A stretch of 64,000 bases of DNA from an uncultured Acidobacteriota bacterium (lineage in GTDB: Bacteria; Acidobacteriota; Blastocatellia; RBC074), in contig CAWCKY010000002.1 of NCBI GenBank assembly GCA_963796275.1, positions 320,001-384,000 of the forward strand. The letters run 5' to 3'. How positions within the stretch are numbered: the stretch's first letter is position 1; each line of letters begins with the position of its first letter. The notes beneath the pieces are model-generated. The model saw only the letters and a program-made list of their open reading frames with translations, was not told the origin of the DNA and did no database searches. The translations under genes and the position numbers were made by a program. This document shows, in pieces, positions 18,801 to 28,626 of the stretch.

Positions 18801-21519
18801 TGAATCGCGTAAACTGCCTGCTTTGCGAGAAGGAGAGTGTGACTTCATCCAATCCCGTCAGATCCAGCAGTGGTGAGGTGAGGGCATGACTCGGGAGACT
18901 CGGCGCGAGAGCCATAATGTTTATTCGCCAGGAATGCGAAGGAGATCCGGAAAGATCGTCGGTGATCGCCCAGGGCCCATCGATCAGCCAGTTCTGATTT
19001 CCACGCTCGACATCGTCATCCAGTAGCGTCAGTTCACGTGTCCACTCGGCTGCAGCCGTGACTGAACCGGAGTCGCGGTCCAGATAGACTACTCTGATCT
19101 TATCCCTGACCAGATCCGAGCCCTGCAATTCGCCATCGCCCCTCCTGAGCCGGCCGTCATCGAGGCGAATCGAACCGCTGAAAAGACCGGGAGTGGAGGC
19201 GTCGGGCTCCAATCTGATTCTCTCCCAGTCGCCGGTTCTGGAACTCGCCACATCGACGAAAACCGGGGCCTTGGCATTGCCGTCGCCGAGCGTGATCCGG
19301 ACTGTCTCGTTATCGACATAACTGCTCTTATCCAACTGCAGCGCGGCGGTCGTGCTGCAAGCCGGTGAAACCTCGAAAGATTCGACGACGGCGTTATCAC
19401 TGGGGCTCAGCGTGTCTGCAAAAAATCCCATGCCCCGTTTGGCGAAGGCTTGCCAGATCAGACACTGATTGGCGCCGCCATTATTCATACGGTCGGCGAG
19501 CAGTATCGCGTCACGCGCATCGATAAAAGTCGGCTCCGTCGGAGTCAACTTCAGTCCGTCGACGACCAGCTGTATGCTCTGGCGCTGCCCCGCGACAAAA
19601 CCGTAGCGCTCGAGCAAGAGCGCACGCATTTCCCACAACATGCCGCACCAGATCTCGCCGCCGTCATGTACCGTGAACGCGTCGCTCAAATTTCTAAAAG
19701 TCAGCGGATTGACTTGCATATCTGTGCTGTAAGGATGGCGGCGGACTCCAAGGTTATAGTTATTTATGACGTACCCGCCGATCACGTAGGCTCCACGTGG
19801 ATCATCCTGTTCACTACGCATCAAGGTCAGGCCGAAGTAATCAGACCAGCCCTCTCCCATACTGGCGCTTTGGAAGTTGCCGAGCCCTACACCGTTGCCC
19901 ACCAGCCTGTTGCTCAAACCGTGCGTCAGCTCATGAATAATGACGCCCTGATCGAATGAACCGTCGAGCTGAGGCGAAGCCGTGTTCCAGAGAAACATCT
20001 GAACACGCCCGGGCTGACCGTCCGGCGGAGTCGAGAAGTTTGCGTTGTTAATTCCAAGGCCGTCCTGCGCATCTCCGAGCACTGCATCGCCGCCAGCGCC
20101 ACCTAGTCCGAAGTTGCCGGTCTGGAAGTTTCCGGCAGCTTCGGTGAAGCCGAATGAATAAAGAATATCGTGGTAGCGGTTGATCCAGTAGAAGAGATTG
20201 ACCTGGGCCGCCTGCGAATTGGCGCCGGCAGACGGCTCGCTCCCCAGGTTGACCGGGAATGAGAAATTGCCGTCTAGGACCTCCAACAGCGGCAGGTCCG
20301 GCTGGTTTGGTGTCCCATCACGGTCAAGATGAACATCGGTGTTGTTGCTGATCAACCGGGTGGCTGGGACGCCCGACCACCAATCGTAATGCGGGTCGCT
20401 CAGTTCGAAGGTGGCCGCGCCGTTGAAGGGAGTCGCATTGAATAATAAGTCCCCGCGCTCCACGACCGGCGGCGAATCGCTGGTGTGGGGAACATCCGGA
20501 CGCGGGCTCTCTTTCGTGTAGACCAGGCCGTGCGGGTTGAGCGGGTTCTGTTCATAGTTGGTCAGATTTTGACGGAAGAGCATGCTGTTCCGCTCGGCAT
20601 CGATCAAGATCAGATAGACATCCGGAGTCTCGCGCATCCAGATTATGAATTCCCATGCCAGACGCGCCTGCTCGGCTGAGAGCGGGAAATAGACCAGCCT
20701 TGTATTGACGTCCCGCCCGAAACTCTGGCCTCTCGCAAACACCCGGCGCGAATCGGCGCCAGTAGGAGATAGAAGCAAGCCTGGCTGCTCTCTGATTTCG
20801 GCGCCGGATTCCTCCGCCGCCTTGCTCAAAGCATCGATGGCCGTGATCTTCGGCTGGCTGAGATTGGCGGATATTGCCGCGCCGGGCAGCAATTCTCCGC
20901 TGGCCGCGATGATCGCGCCCTCACGATTGAGGTGCATAGTCATCGCCGCCTGGAAGACTGCGACGCCGCCGATCTCTTGTTGGAGCGTAAGGTGGGTCAC
21001 GCCGTTGTGCTCGCTTCGGTACCGCCGCGCTTCTTTCAACCCATCCACTTCCGCGGCGCTTAAACGAAAGAGGTCGTCATTGCTTTTGAGGAAGCCGCGC
21101 GCTACAGAGCCGGCGCTCGCCGTCGACGGATCGCTCAGTGTCTCCGTGTGGCTGAAGAGACGGCTTGGCGTAGCGGTCAACGAACTCCAGCGCATTCTGA
21201 CGCTGGGACGCGACTGTTTCAACCTGTAGGTCTGAGCTGCTGGCCTTGCAGCCTGTCGCCCGCTACCAGTTGCGGGCGGCGCCGCGAGCGTCCGTTGATG
21301 GTTGGCGCGCGCATCGAAATTTTCGCGGGTGGATGGTCGTCTCGCCTGCGCGCGCGCTGAGATAGGCGATCCTCCGGCGCCGGTCTGCATCGCTGTCCCG
21401 CGCGCCGCAAAGGAACGATGCCCCCAGGTAAAGAGCAGGAACGCGGCCGGAATAATAAATATAACGGCCGCCCATTTTGACAAAATACATCTTGCAATAA
21501 AAGACTGCTTAATCGGCAT
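15826..21519 (-). CDS. Large secreted M36 (fungalysin) metallopeptidase with IPT/TIG, Kelch, Ig-like and TIGR03437-like C-terminal domains
   Basis: FTP-like propeptide, GFTEAAGNFQ, NANFSTPPDG, IHELTHGLS, MGEGWSD; two IPT repeats (ISPAFGPPSGGTQV, VSPASGSVLGGTAV); Kelch GG repeats; tail LAADSIASAFG..LPLELAGTTVTVNG. Probable start is ATG 21519 with an AGGAG RBS. Confidence 0.9.
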   Translation of the reverse strand: MPIKQSFIARCILSKWAAVIFIIPAAFLLFTWGHRSFAARGTAMQTGAGGSPISARAQARRPSTRENFDARANHQRTLAAPPATGSGRQAARPAAQTYRLKQSRPSVRMRWSSLTATPSRLFSHTETLSDPSTASAGSVARGFLKSNDDLFRLSAAEVDGLKEARRYRSEHNGVTHLTLQQEIGGVAVFQAAMTMHLNREGAIIAASGELLPGAAISANLSQPKITAIDALSKAAEESGAEIREQPGLLLSPTGADSRRVFARGQSFGRDVNTRLVYFPLSAEQARLAWEFIIWMRETPDVYLILIDAERNSMLFRQNLTNYEQNPLNPHGLVYTKESPRPDVPHTSDSPPVVERGDLLFNATPFNGAATFELSDPHYDWWSGVPATRLISNNTDVHLDRDGTPNQPDLPLLEVLDGNFSFPVNLGSEPSAGANSQAAQVNLFYWINRYHDILYSFGFTEAAGNFQTGNFGLGGAGGDAVLGDAQDGLGINNANFSTPPDGQPGRVQMFLWNTASPQLDGSFDQGVIIHELTHGLSNRLVGNGVGLGNFQSASMGEGWSDYFGLTLMRSEQDDPRGAYVIGGYVINNYNLGVRRHPYSTDMQVNPLTFRNLSDAFTVHDGGEIWCGMLWEMRALLLERYGFVAGQRQSIQLVVDGLKLTPTEPTFIDARDAILLADRMNNGGANQCLIWQAFAKRGMGFFADTLSPSDNAVVESFEVSPACSTTAALQLDKSSYVDNETVRITLGDGNAKAPVFVDVASSRTGDWERIRLEPDASTPGLFSGSIRLDDGRLRRGDGELQGSDLVRDKIRVVYLDRDSGSVTAAAEWTRELTLLDDDVERGNQNWLIDGPWAITDDLSGSPSHSWRINIMALAPSLPSHALTSPLLDLTGLDEVTLSFSQSRQFTRFMFGRIEISVDDGVTWTAVESFGGNQTGFVASRVLLPRLDGWARLRFQLVGLLDLNPIFWAIDDIRLTARSANPRIIPPGDAPEPIITAISPAFGPPSGGTQVIISGSNFTETSDTSVTFSDAPAAQVAVLGSSTITAVAPAHSAGAVSVRVTNRRGTARSSRGFTYYEPGGNEMRPILGGVSPASGSVLGGTAVTLSGLNFTPETAVLFGSQAAPVTYINGNTLRVIAPTAVTTGAPAVVDVIVRNGSLQTTRAGGYSYVEPTPPAVQVLNPAGGERIYMGSLISIRWQSSDNRELVRHSVRFSYLPSIGLPTEQTIDVAPQLEGEARSFTWIIPTNLPIGAQARISVTATDDEGAVTEAVSGQFVIARRWETNTTLSESPPFGSTYVADERYLYAIGQRQRLGAPAENIILRYDPETHVWTGDGLSLPPSILFGAKAVYLNGKIYIPGGVNRGTTPSTLSPLHLAYDIAANTWSTQAEAPDATTLYAVAADIARGVYYHTGGVTPTNFSAAVRRYDPSTNAWTDLPPMNTARAGHNAAVIEGKLYVAAGNDPSGSTITGEVYDFETGQWSPIAPLNHSRTDAQSVVVQDAEGNPFWLLFGGGLVKDAEVYDVRNDRWIALDNSFDLVDPNTPRVLFVNGSGVIGGYFHVVSSLPDEVSRLSIAPLETSFVDRPPILSAPAAQVGTANTEIRFKVTASDLGSGAPLSITAEGMPERARFTTNVITNNRTEGTFRWKPRAADIGSSFNIAFTASDGRSIDTKVVTVRAVECSELTLANAAGSGDGRLAADSIASAFGANLAFASMTAEAEQLPLELAGTTVTVNGIKAQVASVSPDRVDFLVPPSVEAGNATVVIRNSAGSYSIGTAQIVDVAPAILGGDDPAPRTGTGLRLPKFEKLGENRLDILTLFVTGIRGARAANPNDENGIAEAVEVTIDGYQARVLYAGAYGKLNGLDKIIVKVPAGLTKLGRRRADVVVSVDGVTARGTAISLK

Positions 21520-21555
21520 AACTATGGCTCCTGATTGAAAGCATTTGTAACTCTT

Positions 21556-22034
21556 ATGGGTAAGTACGAGATCGTGATCACCGTCGAAAGCACGCGCGAA
21601 TGGGCGATCTGCGCCAAGTGCGGCAACCAGATGAGTTCCACAACTATGGGCGGTTGCTGCGGTTGCGTCACTTGCCAATCCTGGGACGACCACTGATCAT
21701 CGAGATTCGGCCGAAGCGGTTTCGTTGCCCGACCTGTGATGACCATCCAACCAACACGCAGCAACTGGACTGGTATGACGCGCGCCTTCCACACACCAGG
21801 GCTTATGACCAATGGTTGCTGCTTCAGCTGATCGGCAGTGCGATCTCTGATGTCGCGCGCAAAGAGGGTCTGAGTGAGGAGTTGGTGCTGGGCACCGTGC
21901 AACGGCAGATTGCCCCGACAGTCAACTGGGAAGAGATCGAGCAACTGGAAATTCCCGGGCTGGATGAGGTGGCTTTGAGGAAAAGACATCGAGATTTCGT
22001 GGTGTCAGTCACCAGCCGACAGGCCGATGGATAA
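21556..22034 (+). mobile_element. Truncated, frameshifted ISL3-family transposase fragment
   Basis: IVITVEST..CAKCG / RLRHLPILGRP..RPKRFRCPTC (zf-ISL3), HTH ISDVARKEGL, and GLDEVALRKRHRDFV (first catalytic Asp), then an abrupt end. Confidence 0.8.
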
Positions 22035-22061
22035 TTTGAAGCTCTCGGGGCAACGATCGTC

Positions 22062-23612
22062 TTAGTGAGGCAGAGCTGAAGGCAGCGGCGTAGCCCCCGT
22101 TTTGGAACGCTCTCTGGAATAAGCGCTCAGCTCCGATACATATGCAGATAAGTAGATTCCTTGACTCAAGCGCAACAATCGCCTTTGGTACTGCTCCTTT
22201 GCGTCCCAACGAAATTCTACTTGAGGTACCCCCGACACCGGAACATTGGTTAGTCCGATGAGACGCCCCTCTCCGGTCGCAGTTGGGTTGATAAGGTCAG
22301 GCTTTATATTATTGCACTTGTCAAAAGGGAGTTTCCTGATCTGAGGAAAATAGAAGTCGACAAATGGTGTAAACATCCAGTCACAACAGATTGTATCTCG
22401 ACCCGGTTCAATATTGCTCTTTAAATAATTCAATGCGCGGATCGGTGGGCTTACCTCGTTATGCCTCATCTTGATAATAGGATAGACCCAATAAGCGCTA
22501 AGGATGGTCAAGAGCAGAACAGAATAGAATCCCAGGTTTGTTGGTATCGCCCAACCTCTGATCCTTGGGACCAACTCCGGTAAATTGATCAGGCCGTAGG
22601 CGGCAAGCCCTGTAAAGAAAGGGATGTAAGGCAGCGAGTAAAGCGGCGCATTTGCTGGTGCGTTTAGGATGAAGGTAAAAGCCATATAAGGCAAACACCC
22701 GAGCGCTAATAACCCCGCATCACCCCATCGATCTTTTTTGATAAGGATATATATTCCTAGGAATGAAAATAGATAGATTGGCACTTTGATCCACGATCTA
22801 CCCCAGATATCGTTTAAGTACCTATTGAACCGACTCGTAAGTCTTCCGCCCGAGAAAATAGTATCTTTTTGCAATATATACTGACTATGCGCGTCCATTA
22901 CCAGACGGTACTTTTCCCAGGTAACATTTAAAATGAAAGGAATAAACCAAACAAGTAGACAAAATATACCGGTAAGCAACGCAAGCATGACTGGTCGCCA
23001 TTGACGTCGCTGCAGACGCGCCAGAAAAATTAAGCCAATGGTTGGTCCCATGACAGGTAACAAGGTGACACGCACTCCCATTCCCAATCCAAAGACGGCA
23101 CACCCGGCGATCAGTGATGCCTGGGACTCAAGCCCCCTGATAATTAGTGTCAACCCTATGATACCAATGGTGAAGCTTACCGCGTCACTACGAGCTGATC
23201 CACTATAAAACCAAACATTTGGAACGAAACAACATAGCAAAGCCCCTGCAAACGCAATGCGACGGTCTTTGAGTATCGTCAGGTAGAAATAATAGAGAGC
23301 CGGGGCAATTAATGATGAGAAGATGAGTGAGATAGTTGTTAACGCTAGATATTCGTCATTTAACGACCAGTAAGCCACACGCGACATCGCGAAAAAAACA
23401 GGAAAGCCAGGTGGATGTGGTGCATTCACCGTGAGATCGTAGTTTTGTAGAGCGCGAGCAAACAATATATCATCCCATTCCCAGAGCGAAGCCGGAACCG
23501 TGAGCAATCGCGTGAGCGTAACGAAAAGCAACATAAATAGGGCAATATATCGGTCATTCGATTCTATATAATTCAAGGGAGGCTTAAGATATGTCGTTGG
23601 CATCAAATACAT
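22062..23612 (-). CDS. Polytopic membrane GT-C-like glycosyltransferase (DUF2723 / PMT-like)
   Basis: WEWDD acidic motif and APHPPGFPVF after TM1, many TM helices; visibly AT-richer than its neighbours. Confidence 0.7.
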   Translation of the reverse strand: MYLMPTTYLKPPLNYIESNDRYIALFMLLFVTLTRLLTVPASLWEWDDILFARALQNYDLTVNAPHPPGFPVFFAMSRVAYWSLNDEYLALTTISLIFSSLIAPALYYFYLTILKDRRIAFAGALLCCFVPNVWFYSGSARSDAVSFTIGIIGLTLIIRGLESQASLIAGCAVFGLGMGVRVTLLPVMGPTIGLIFLARLQRRQWRPVMLALLTGIFCLLVWFIPFILNVTWEKYRLVMDAHSQYILQKDTIFSGGRLTSRFNRYLNDIWGRSWIKVPIYLFSFLGIYILIKKDRWGDAGLLALGCLPYMAFTFILNAPANAPLYSLPYIPFFTGLAAYGLINLPELVPRIRGWAIPTNLGFYSVLLLTILSAYWVYPIIKMRHNEVSPPIRALNYLKSNIEPGRDTICCDWMFTPFVDFYFPQIRKLPFDKCNNIKPDLINPTATGEGRLIGLTNVPVSGVPQVEFRWDAKEQYQRRLLRLSQGIYLSAYVSELSAYSRERSKTGATPLPSALPH

Positions 23613-23893
23613 TAAGATTTATCATGCTAGACTTCAAAATTGTCCGTGGTCTGGGTGTTTAGCAGCTGGCGGAGGATGCACCCGCTTTTGCGGAATCGGA
23701 CGCGAATAGACTGGAGGAGGCGGCGCATTTAAACCGAATAGCCAGGTTCTTGGAGCTGGTAAATCAACCTGAAAACACCGGGACACATACTGGGTACAGT
23801 ACGGGTGTAAGATATGTGCCCTGATGAATGTTCCACTCCCGTATGCGCAGGTCGCTATCGCTCCCCGACTGCACCAAGGTTCGTTGTTTCGAT

Positions 23894-24256
23894 TTAGATA
23901 TTAGGGGCTGCCGGAACTGGAATGCCCGCCAGCAGATTCCTTAACGCCTGATTGATGTATCTCAGTATCTTTCCAGCTTTTCCGGCTACCTGGAATTGAG
24001 CAACGGTTAATACAGAGCTTGCGACTATAAGCGAGACACGAGCTATACCGGAAATCTTTTCAGTCGTCCCGGCTCTGATTATCTCCGGCAACCCTGGAAT
24101 TTCTTCTTCCACCGCAACTGCGGCAATTACTTCCCCAGCATAGATAAGTAGCTCGCCCGCGAAATCATCACCCCCGGTTCTATCTTCGTCGAGATTAACC
24201 AAGGTGGTTCCCGTTGCACCCAAGTATGGGGCGACACTCAAAAAGTAATCAGCCAT
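23894..24256 (-). CDS. Hypothetical protein, 120 aa
   Basis: GGGAG RBS before the ATG, natural composition, no recognised family. Confidence 0.65.
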   Translation of the reverse strand: MADYFLSVAPYLGATGTTLVNLDEDRTGGDDFAGELLIYAGEVIAAVAVEEEIPGLPEIIRAGTTEKISGIARVSLIVASSVLTVAQFQVAGKAGKILRYINQALRNLLAGIPVPAAPNI

Positions 24257-24318
24257 ATATTATATCTCCCACTCGGGATATTAGAGCGTGATCACAAGCT
24301 GCCTTGACGCCCTGAATG

Positions 24319-24496
24319 GCACTAGATTATAGCCAGGGATGTAGCGAAACCTCTCCCCTGTGACGCATCACCAAGAAGCATCAAGTCCAGAAAAGGCGTG
24401 ATACTAACCGATTATTGCACCCCTAAATTGCTTGGTGCAGCGCTGACCGCTTATCAGGGGCTGCGCTCGCTCCACCCTTGGCTATAATATTGGTGC
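24319..24496. repeat. REP/MITE-like element with imperfect terminal inverted repeats
   Basis: GCACTAGATTATAGCCAGGG (24319-24338) pairs with CCCTTGGCTATAATATTGGTGC (24475-24496); there is also an inner CCCCTG/CAGGGG pair. Confidence 0.65.
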
Positions 24497-24718
24497 TACT
24501 CTGGAGTTGCGGTTAAACCAACCAGCTTGTAACACGCTGTTACGCGATTTGGATAATAGAGAACGCAAGTTCCCATCGTCTGTCCCGCGAAAGACTAATA
24601 CCTTGTTGGCCACTAAGTAACGAAGAATTAACGAAGAAGTTACGAATATGTGACGAAATAGCGGCTAAATGTCGATGCCAGGCATCATTGGAGCCAATGT
24701 ATGGCATCAGGATTTGCG

Positions 24719-24792
24719 CTTGGGGTTCCGCGTTTACGCGGTCTTTCCATTCCGAACGTGATGTTCTGACCGCCTGAAGGCGGAACTCCAAA
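24719..24792. repeat. Inverted REP doublet (REPIN-like)
   Basis: TTTGGGGTTCCGCGTTTACGCGGTC ... GACCGCCTGAAGGCGGAACTCCAAA; each unit is itself a hairpin. Confidence 0.75.
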
Positions 24793-25044
24793 CAATAATC
24801 TCCACTGATGGTTCCATCGAGAGATTGCGGTAACCAGATCGAAACAATGAAACTACGAAAGATTAGTAAAGAGAATAACAATCCAGTAGACGAATTTTGT
24901 AAAAGCTGATACCAAAGCATCCAGCGATCTCTTCTCAATGACATTCTAAAATTAGATGTGGGATACGGATATTTAGTCTGGCGAATTACATATAACAATA
25001 AACTCCGTCCGCTGACAAAGCTTGCTCTCCAGGATATGTAAATG

Positions 25045-28000
25045 TCAGAAAATCAAACGCAGTCCCAGCTGCGTGATTCGCGGATCGCGCGCCGATGTAA
25101 TCTGGCCGAAGTTGGCTGATCCCAGTGAAGCTGATACTCCAGCCCACTGTGTATGGTTGAAGAGATTGAAAAACTCCGCGCGAAATTGCAACGAGATATT
25201 TTCTCGAATCGCCGTACGTTTACTGAAGGAGACATCCCAATTATTGATACCCGGTCCGCGAACTACGTTTCTACCGAGGCTGCCGAACGTTCCTAGTGCC
25301 GGAAGGGCAAAAGAGCCGCTGAACCAGCGAAGCTGGTTCTTCTCTCGCTTGATCGGCCCCGTGACGTCGGGTCGTTGTCCGCCTGTACCCACTCCGGCTA
25401 TATCGCCTGGTATCGTGATCGAGAGAGGCGTCCCCGATTCGAAACGGCTGATGCCGGACACCTGCCATCCTCCCAGAAAATGCTTGAGAAAGCCGTGCTT
25501 TACGCGGAACAGAGGCAATTCGTAAACATAACTCAATACCAATACGTGCGTGCGGTCAAAACCCGATAATGCCCGTTCCATCCGGTTATCCGCGTAGCTG
25601 TTGATCGGCGTCGCAACGTTGTCGATGGAGCGAGAGAAAGTATATGAACCTTGTAGCGCCAGTCCCTGGACGAAGCGGCGATTGGCCGAGAGCTGAAGGG
25701 AATGATACATCGATAGCCCGGCGGTCTCGCTGGTGGAGATTCCAGCAAATCCAAGGTACGGGCGAGCGGCGTTAACGTTCAATCGTTCGGCGGCGACGTC
25801 CACCGATGCGCGCGGCTGATTGATGTCTCGCGACCGCACGAGCGAGACGCCGCGAGAACCGACATAATTTGTGTCCAGAAGAATCTGACCGGGGAAGGCC
25901 CGCTGAATGCCTAACGACCACTTCATGTAGTACGGGATGTTCCAGGGCGATGAGTTGTTGGAGATACCGATCGGGAAGAAGCGTCGCTCACCTTGTCCCG
26001 GATTGGAGAAACTGGTAGCGAAGATAGAAGCGTTCTGATTGAAGGGGAAATTATTGCGAGCGCTGGAAACAAGCTGTGGCCAGCGGTCGTGGAACATTCC
26101 GAAACCACCGCGTATCACCGTGTCATTCGCTTTGCCTAGAGCGAGAGAGAATCCTCCCCGCGGAGCGATTGTGTTATAGACCGCATTGATCACCGCTTTG
26201 CCGAACGGCGCGCCGGGAGATTCCACAACCACCATGCCGTTCCCGTAGTTCTGCGTGCCGGTCACGATCTGGCCATTTTCCGACAGGATGGTAGCCGCCT
26301 TCGCGGGATCGAACCGCGCGGGATCGAAGAACGATAATAAGCCGTCATCGGCCTTCTCCGGCTCGTAGATTTCATAGCGTACGCCAAAATCCAAGGTGAG
26401 CCGGTTGGTTGCGCGCCATTGATCCTGAACGTACAGCGACCAGTTTTCCCAACGGGCGCTACCGAACACATGGTTCGAGTTTTCGGTGTACTGAAAGGCG
26501 CGGCCGATGAGGAGATCGGCGAGCGCATCTCCGGTGGTCTGGCCGTTGAAGGTAAACGAACCATTGTTATTGGGGTTGCTGGAATTTTGAGACTTGTTTT
26601 CCTTGTCGATGGAGCCGCCGAATTTAATTGTGTGACGTCCGCGCGTCCAGGAAAAGTTATCAATCAGTTCCAGCGAATATCCCGCGATGTTCTGTGGCCA
26701 GATTATCTGAATACCGGCATAACCTTGCGACATCGATATAGATGGTATGAAACCCGCAGAGCCTGTCTGGGCGTCAAGGACGCGTGGTACTTGAAATTCC
26801 GAGTCCCGGCCGCGCGACGCATTGGGCGAAGTTGAGATGGCCAGCGACTGGCCGTAAAGCGCCCCCGTGATTTGATTGACCATGTTCGAATTGATCACCC
26901 ACGTCGCCGATACGTTGGCGCCGCGGATAATGTGGGATTGGTCGCTGTCCGCCACATAAGGCATCGGATTGCTGGAAAAGAGGCCGTATGGGCTGATAAG
27001 ACGCGTGGAATCGATGTTGTATCGGGCGAACAGAGTGAAGCTGTCCTTCACCTTCCAGTCAAATCGTCCTAGCGCGGAACGGTAGTTTGTGCCGTCCGGT
27101 TCAGAAGAAGTGAAATTCAGCGCACCTTGTTGGAAATTGGGGCGGCGGTAAAAGGTACGCAGGAGCGCCTGTGCATTGCTGTCGAGCCGATCCGCGGGAA
27201 TGCGGTTCCCCGTGAATTGCTCGCCCGTGACCGGGTCTCGGATATCGCGTGTTCCCGAGAAGTTGCCAGCAAGTTGGGCATCGGTGGGCACGATGCTGGT
27301 TCGCGTACCGGTGCTCTGCCAGATGCGGCGGTATTCATTTGAGAGGAAAAAGAAAAGCTTGTTTTTCTTGATGGGGCCGCCAAGGGTGCCGCCGAAGTTG
27401 TTGTAGCGGTTCTTGGGGCGTTCGTTACTGAAGAAGTTGCGGGCGTCGAGCTTATCGTTGCGGAAAAACTCGAAAAGTGTGCCGTGGTAGTTATTCGTGC
27501 CCGCTTTTGTGACAACGTTCAACTGAGCTCCTCCGTTTCGGCCATACTCCGAACTATAGGCATTGCGCTCGATTCGTACTTCGGCAATCGCATCAAGATT
27601 CACCATTGCCAGGTTGTTGCCATTAAAAGGATCGATGTTACGGCCGCCATCGAGCGTCCAGTTATTGGCGCTGCTCTGCCCTCCATTGAAAGAGAACTGG
27701 ACTCCCGTATTTGAGCCGAAGCCGGGTTGTTGGGCTTGGGACGAGCTTACTCCCGGTTGCAGAGTCATCAATTGCGTAAAACTGCGGGTATTCAACGCCA
27801 GTTCCTGCACCTGCTTGCCGTAGACGGTCGAGCCGATGTTGGCCGAAGCCGTATCTACCTGCGTGGTACTCGCCTCAACATTTACTATCTCACTGACAGA
27901 TCCAATATGTAGCTGTGCGTCAATTCGCAACTGCTGAGCCGCGTTCAGATTTACAGCGGCAACTTGTACCTTTTGAAACCCGACTTTTTCGAACTCCAAA

Positions 28001-28359
28001 TGATAGTCACCCGGTGGTATTAAAGAGATCTGAAAATTCCCAGCATCATCTGTGCGCGCCTCACGATGAAAGCGCGGATTGTCGCGCCTCACGCGAACTG
28101 TCGCGGCGGGAACAGCGGCCCCCGAGGGGTCGGTTACCGTTCCCAAAATGGTGCCGTTGTTGAAGGTTTGCGCCGTCGCGGAAAGAGTGAGGACCACCAT
28201 GAGGGCGGCAATCAGGAAATATTTGGTACTGGCAATGAGAACAATTGAATAGAAGGAAGAGCCATCTATTCGTGCCGAGTTCCTGGTTGCCTGAGCTTGT
28301 GCGTCCGACTGGCGCATAGTTGCGGTTAAAAACTCAGAGGGACTGGGAGGAAGATGCAA
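25045..28359 (-). CDS. TonB-dependent receptor (Oar-like)
   Basis: GTVTDPSGAAVP, LALNTRSF, EFFRNDKLDARNFF, terminal PRITQLGLRLIF; the exact start is uncertain. Confidence 0.92.
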   Translation of the reverse strand: MHLPPSPSEFLTATMRQSDAQAQATRNSARIDGSSFYSIVLIASTKYFLIAALMVVLTLSATAQTFNNGTILGTVTDPSGAAVPAATVRVRRDNPRFHREARTDDAGNFQISLIPPGDYHLEFEKVGFQKVQVAAVNLNAAQQLRIDAQLHIGSVSEIVNVEASTTQVDTASANIGSTVYGKQVQELALNTRSFTQLMTLQPGVSSSQAQQPGFGSNTGVQFSFNGGQSSANNWTLDGGRNIDPFNGNNLAMVNLDAIAEVRIERNAYSSEYGRNGGAQLNVVTKAGTNNYHGTLFEFFRNDKLDARNFFSNERPKNRYNNFGGTLGGPIKKNKLFFFLSNEYRRIWQSTGTRTSIVPTDAQLAGNFSGTRDIRDPVTGEQFTGNRIPADRLDSNAQALLRTFYRRPNFQQGALNFTSSEPDGTNYRSALGRFDWKVKDSFTLFARYNIDSTRLISPYGLFSSNPMPYVADSDQSHIIRGANVSATWVINSNMVNQITGALYGQSLAISTSPNASRGRDSEFQVPRVLDAQTGSAGFIPSISMSQGYAGIQIIWPQNIAGYSLELIDNFSWTRGRHTIKFGGSIDKENKSQNSSNPNNNGSFTFNGQTTGDALADLLIGRAFQYTENSNHVFGSARWENWSLYVQDQWRATNRLTLDFGVRYEIYEPEKADDGLLSFFDPARFDPAKAATILSENGQIVTGTQNYGNGMVVVESPGAPFGKAVINAVYNTIAPRGGFSLALGKANDTVIRGGFGMFHDRWPQLVSSARNNFPFNQNASIFATSFSNPGQGERRFFPIGISNNSSPWNIPYYMKWSLGIQRAFPGQILLDTNYVGSRGVSLVRSRDINQPRASVDVAAERLNVNAARPYLGFAGISTSETAGLSMYHSLQLSANRRFVQGLALQGSYTFSRSIDNVATPINSYADNRMERALSGFDRTHVLVLSYVYELPLFRVKHGFLKHFLGGWQVSGISRFESGTPLSITIPGDIAGVGTGGQRPDVTGPIKREKNQLRWFSGSFALPALGTFGSLGRNVVRGPGINNWDVSFSKRTAIRENISLQFRAEFFNLFNHTQWAGVSASLGSANFGQITSARDPRITQLGLRLIF

Positions 28360-28626
28360 GGTGTGTCTCCATTCTTGGCGATGTTTGATGTTGCCTTCTT
28401 CTTAAATTTCAGAAAAAAACGGTGAGGCGGGTAATCGCCTCTGGATGGGATAATTTGCATTGGGAAGAAAGAGCGTTCTTAATTCAGCGGCCGGAGTATA
28501 TACTCTCCCGGTTTACCGCTTCAAGTGGGAGAGCTGGCGTACCAGGGTCGTGCCTGTGTCCATCCACTTGGCAATCTCTGCCGCCAATTCGCCGAACGAC
28601 TATCTCTTAGAAAGGCCGTTCCTACA

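Noticed and set aside
21520-21693. N-terminal extension of the M36 ORF to 21693
   Set aside because: It is antisense to the ISL3 fragment; ATG 21519 has an RBS and is followed by a signal-like segment.
24540-24998. 152-aa ORF on the minus strand
   Set aside because: It runs through a REP doublet, has no motif and an implausible composition; probably spurious.
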